DNA of 24,000 nt, from the NCBI GenBank assembly GCA_041691435.1, contig JBEPUS010000001.1:5274-29273 (forward strand), in the 5' to 3' direction. The position numbers and the translations under genes were made by a program. The stretch comes from Chloroflexota bacterium (lineage in GTDB: Bacteria; Chloroflexota; Limnocylindria; Limnocylindrales; CSP1-4). The notes beneath the pieces were generated by a model that worked only from the letters and a program-made list of their open reading frames with translations, searched no databases and was not told where the DNA came from. Positions 22,757 to 24,000 of the stretch are shown here, one piece after another. Positions within the stretch are counted from its first letter, which is position 1, and each line of letters begins with the position of its first letter.

Positions 22757-23791
22757 CTAAGGTCCGGACTGCCGCCGCTGGTCGCGCCACGTTGCGGGTG
22801 CGGCCGCGGTTGAGCGCTTGAACGCCCGGCTGAACGCCGCTTCGGACTCGTAGCCCACGTGCGCGGCGACTTCAGCCACGGTCACGTCGCCCTCGCTGAG
22901 CCGGCGCGCGGCGAGCTGCATGCGCCGCCCGGCCAGGTAGCGCATCGGTGGCTCACCCACGAGCCGGGTGAATCGCTCGGCCAGGGTGGTCCGCGAGGCA
23001 CCCGCTTCGCGGGCCAGGGCAGCCAGGGTCCACGGCTCGGCGAGACGCTCATGCAGCAGGGCCAGCGCTCGCCCAACCACCGGATCGCGCAGCCCACCCA
23101 TCCAGTCCGCGTCGGTTGGCAGTCGATCAGGAGCCGGGCTCGCCAAGTGGAGGCGAAGCGTCTCGATGAAAATCGATTCGCTCAGGCGTTCGCGCACCGA
23201 CGCGCCACCGGCGCCGTTCACCTCAGCCAGCGCCAGGTCCACCAGGTCGCGGAGCCGGCCGCTGGCCGCTCGAATGACGAGCATCGGTGGCAATGCCCGC
23301 AGCATCGGATCGAAAGGAGGCACGTCGCACCCCAGGAACCCGCACACGAAACGCGTCTGCTCGAGTCCATTGGGCGCAAGGCCCGAGTTCGGCGGGACCG
23401 CCCCGGACAAGAGGCTGGCGAGGAAGTCCACCATCTGGGTCGCGTCCGCGCTGCCCAGGCGGGGTCGCAGGTCCGGCGCCAGGAAATACGCATCGCCACG
23501 GGGGTAGACGACGACATCCCCGGCTTCCAGGCGCACAGCCGATCCGTCCTCCAGTCCGGTCCAGCACGTGCCTGCCACGAGGACGTGGTACGAGAGCACG
23601 ATCTGGGTGCTCGACCCCATGCCGCTCGACAGGGACGCGCCCTTCGGAACGCGAATCGCCGGCCAAAGGGAAGGGGCATCGACGGTGTAGTAGAGCGCGC
23701 GCGTGAACCGGACCGTCCGGAGTACGACCGAGAGGAGATCTTCCGCCACAAGAACCGGACGCTCCGGCACAAGGACCGGACGCTGGGTCAT
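22757..23791 (-). CDS. AraC-family transcriptional regulator with N-terminal cupin-like sensor domain
   Basis: 344 aa. The N-terminal half is cupin-like (GDVVVYPRGDAYFL). The C-terminal double HTH reads LAALAREAGASRTTLAERFTRLVGEPPMRYLAGRRMQLAARRL...VAEVAAHVGYESEAAFSRAFKRSTAAAPATWR. Confidence 0.88.
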   Translation of the reverse strand: MTQRPVLVPERPVLVAEDLLSVVLRTVRFTRALYYTVDAPSLWPAIRVPKGASLSSGMGSSTQIVLSYHVLVAGTCWTGLEDGSAVRLEAGDVVVYPRGDAYFLAPDLRPRLGSADATQMVDFLASLLSGAVPPNSGLAPNGLEQTRFVCGFLGCDVPPFDPMLRALPPMLVIRAASGRLRDLVDLALAEVNGAGGASVRERLSESIFIETLRLHLASPAPDRLPTDADWMGGLRDPVVGRALALLHERLAEPWTLAALAREAGASRTTLAERFTRLVGEPPMRYLAGRRMQLAARRLSEGDVTVAEVAAHVGYESEAAFSRAFKRSTAAAPATWRDQRRQSGP

Positions 23792-23825
23792 GTACGCCCC
23801 TCCGGGTCGACGATACCTTCAGGTC

Positions 23826-24000
23826 ATGAACAGTATGAACACGGCGCATGACGATCGGATCACGACAGGATCAGCGGAGGCCCAGGTCCGACGTCGCCTT
23901 GACGAGATCTGGACGACGGCGGCTGCGCGCGACTTCGCGAAGCTTGAGTCGTTCCACCTCTACGGACCGCTGTTCACGGAGTTCAAGGAGGGCCGCCCGC
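23826..24000 (+). CDS. NTF2/SnoaL-like fold protein, N-terminal fragment (runs off the right edge)
   Basis: Own translation from ATG at 23826: MNSMNTAHDDRITTGSAEAQVRRRLDEIWTTAAARDFAKLESFHLYGPLFTEFKEGRP. The FHLYGP.FT.F segment resembles NTF2-like proteins I recall. It is divergent from the AraC gene with a 34-nt gap. This is a weak family call. Confidence 0.45.
   Translation, partial: MNSMNTAHDDRITTGSAEAQVRRRLDEIWTTAAARDFAKLESFHLYGPLFTEFKEGRP

Noticed and set aside
22859-23851. 330-aa plus-strand ORF opposite the AraC regulator
   Set aside because: It is antisense to a gene with a canonical double HTH and has no motifs of its own.

Overview
GC-rich bacterial chromosomal segment. Real genes show a strong G/C third-position bias, and there are many long Arg/Pro/Gly-rich antisense shadow ORFs. 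All calls come from reading the translations and DNA by eye; no database search was run.

Gene order, left to right:
- Minus-strand HtrA-like S1 protease followed by a MoxR ATPase that is cut by the window edge.
- A divergent 1016-aa zinc-ribbon / class III nucleotidyl cyclase / P-loop STAND ATPase / TPR protein, translationally coupled to a GNAT, then a cupin.
- A two-gene cassette of unknown function, a 93-aa ORF and tRNA-Thr(CGU).
- A deletion scar that fuses the 3' halves of a BBE/FAD-oxidase gene and a GlxA/AraC regulator gene.
- An intact but solitary araA.
- A 29-aa hydrophobic peptide gene and a YCII gene.
- An operon of small TM peptide, OmpR-type response regulator, HAMP-less histidine kinase and GT-C (ArnT/PMT-like) glycosyltransferase.
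- A divergent PLC/acid-phosphatase-family phosphoesterase whose Tat-like leader has no in-frame canonical start.
- DinB, an ABC-2 exporter (ATPase and permease), a CPA1 Na+/H+ antiporter, Flp pilin 1, MarR, Flp pilin 2 with a Pro/Thr/Lys repeat tail, a ClC channel with CBS pair and TrkA-C, an AraC regulator and a partial NTF2-like gene.

Most interesting signal: an A/T-rich palindrome, TTGTC-N4-GACAA, occurs at four 5' regions (ABC exporter, flp1/marR divergent region, flp2 start codon, ClC). All lie within 4.5 kb around the marR gene, and my manual scan found it nowhere else. This suggests a compact, undescribed MarR-type regulon linking two orphan Flp pilins with ion and export functions.

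No CRISPR array, IS element, integrase or rRNA was seen.
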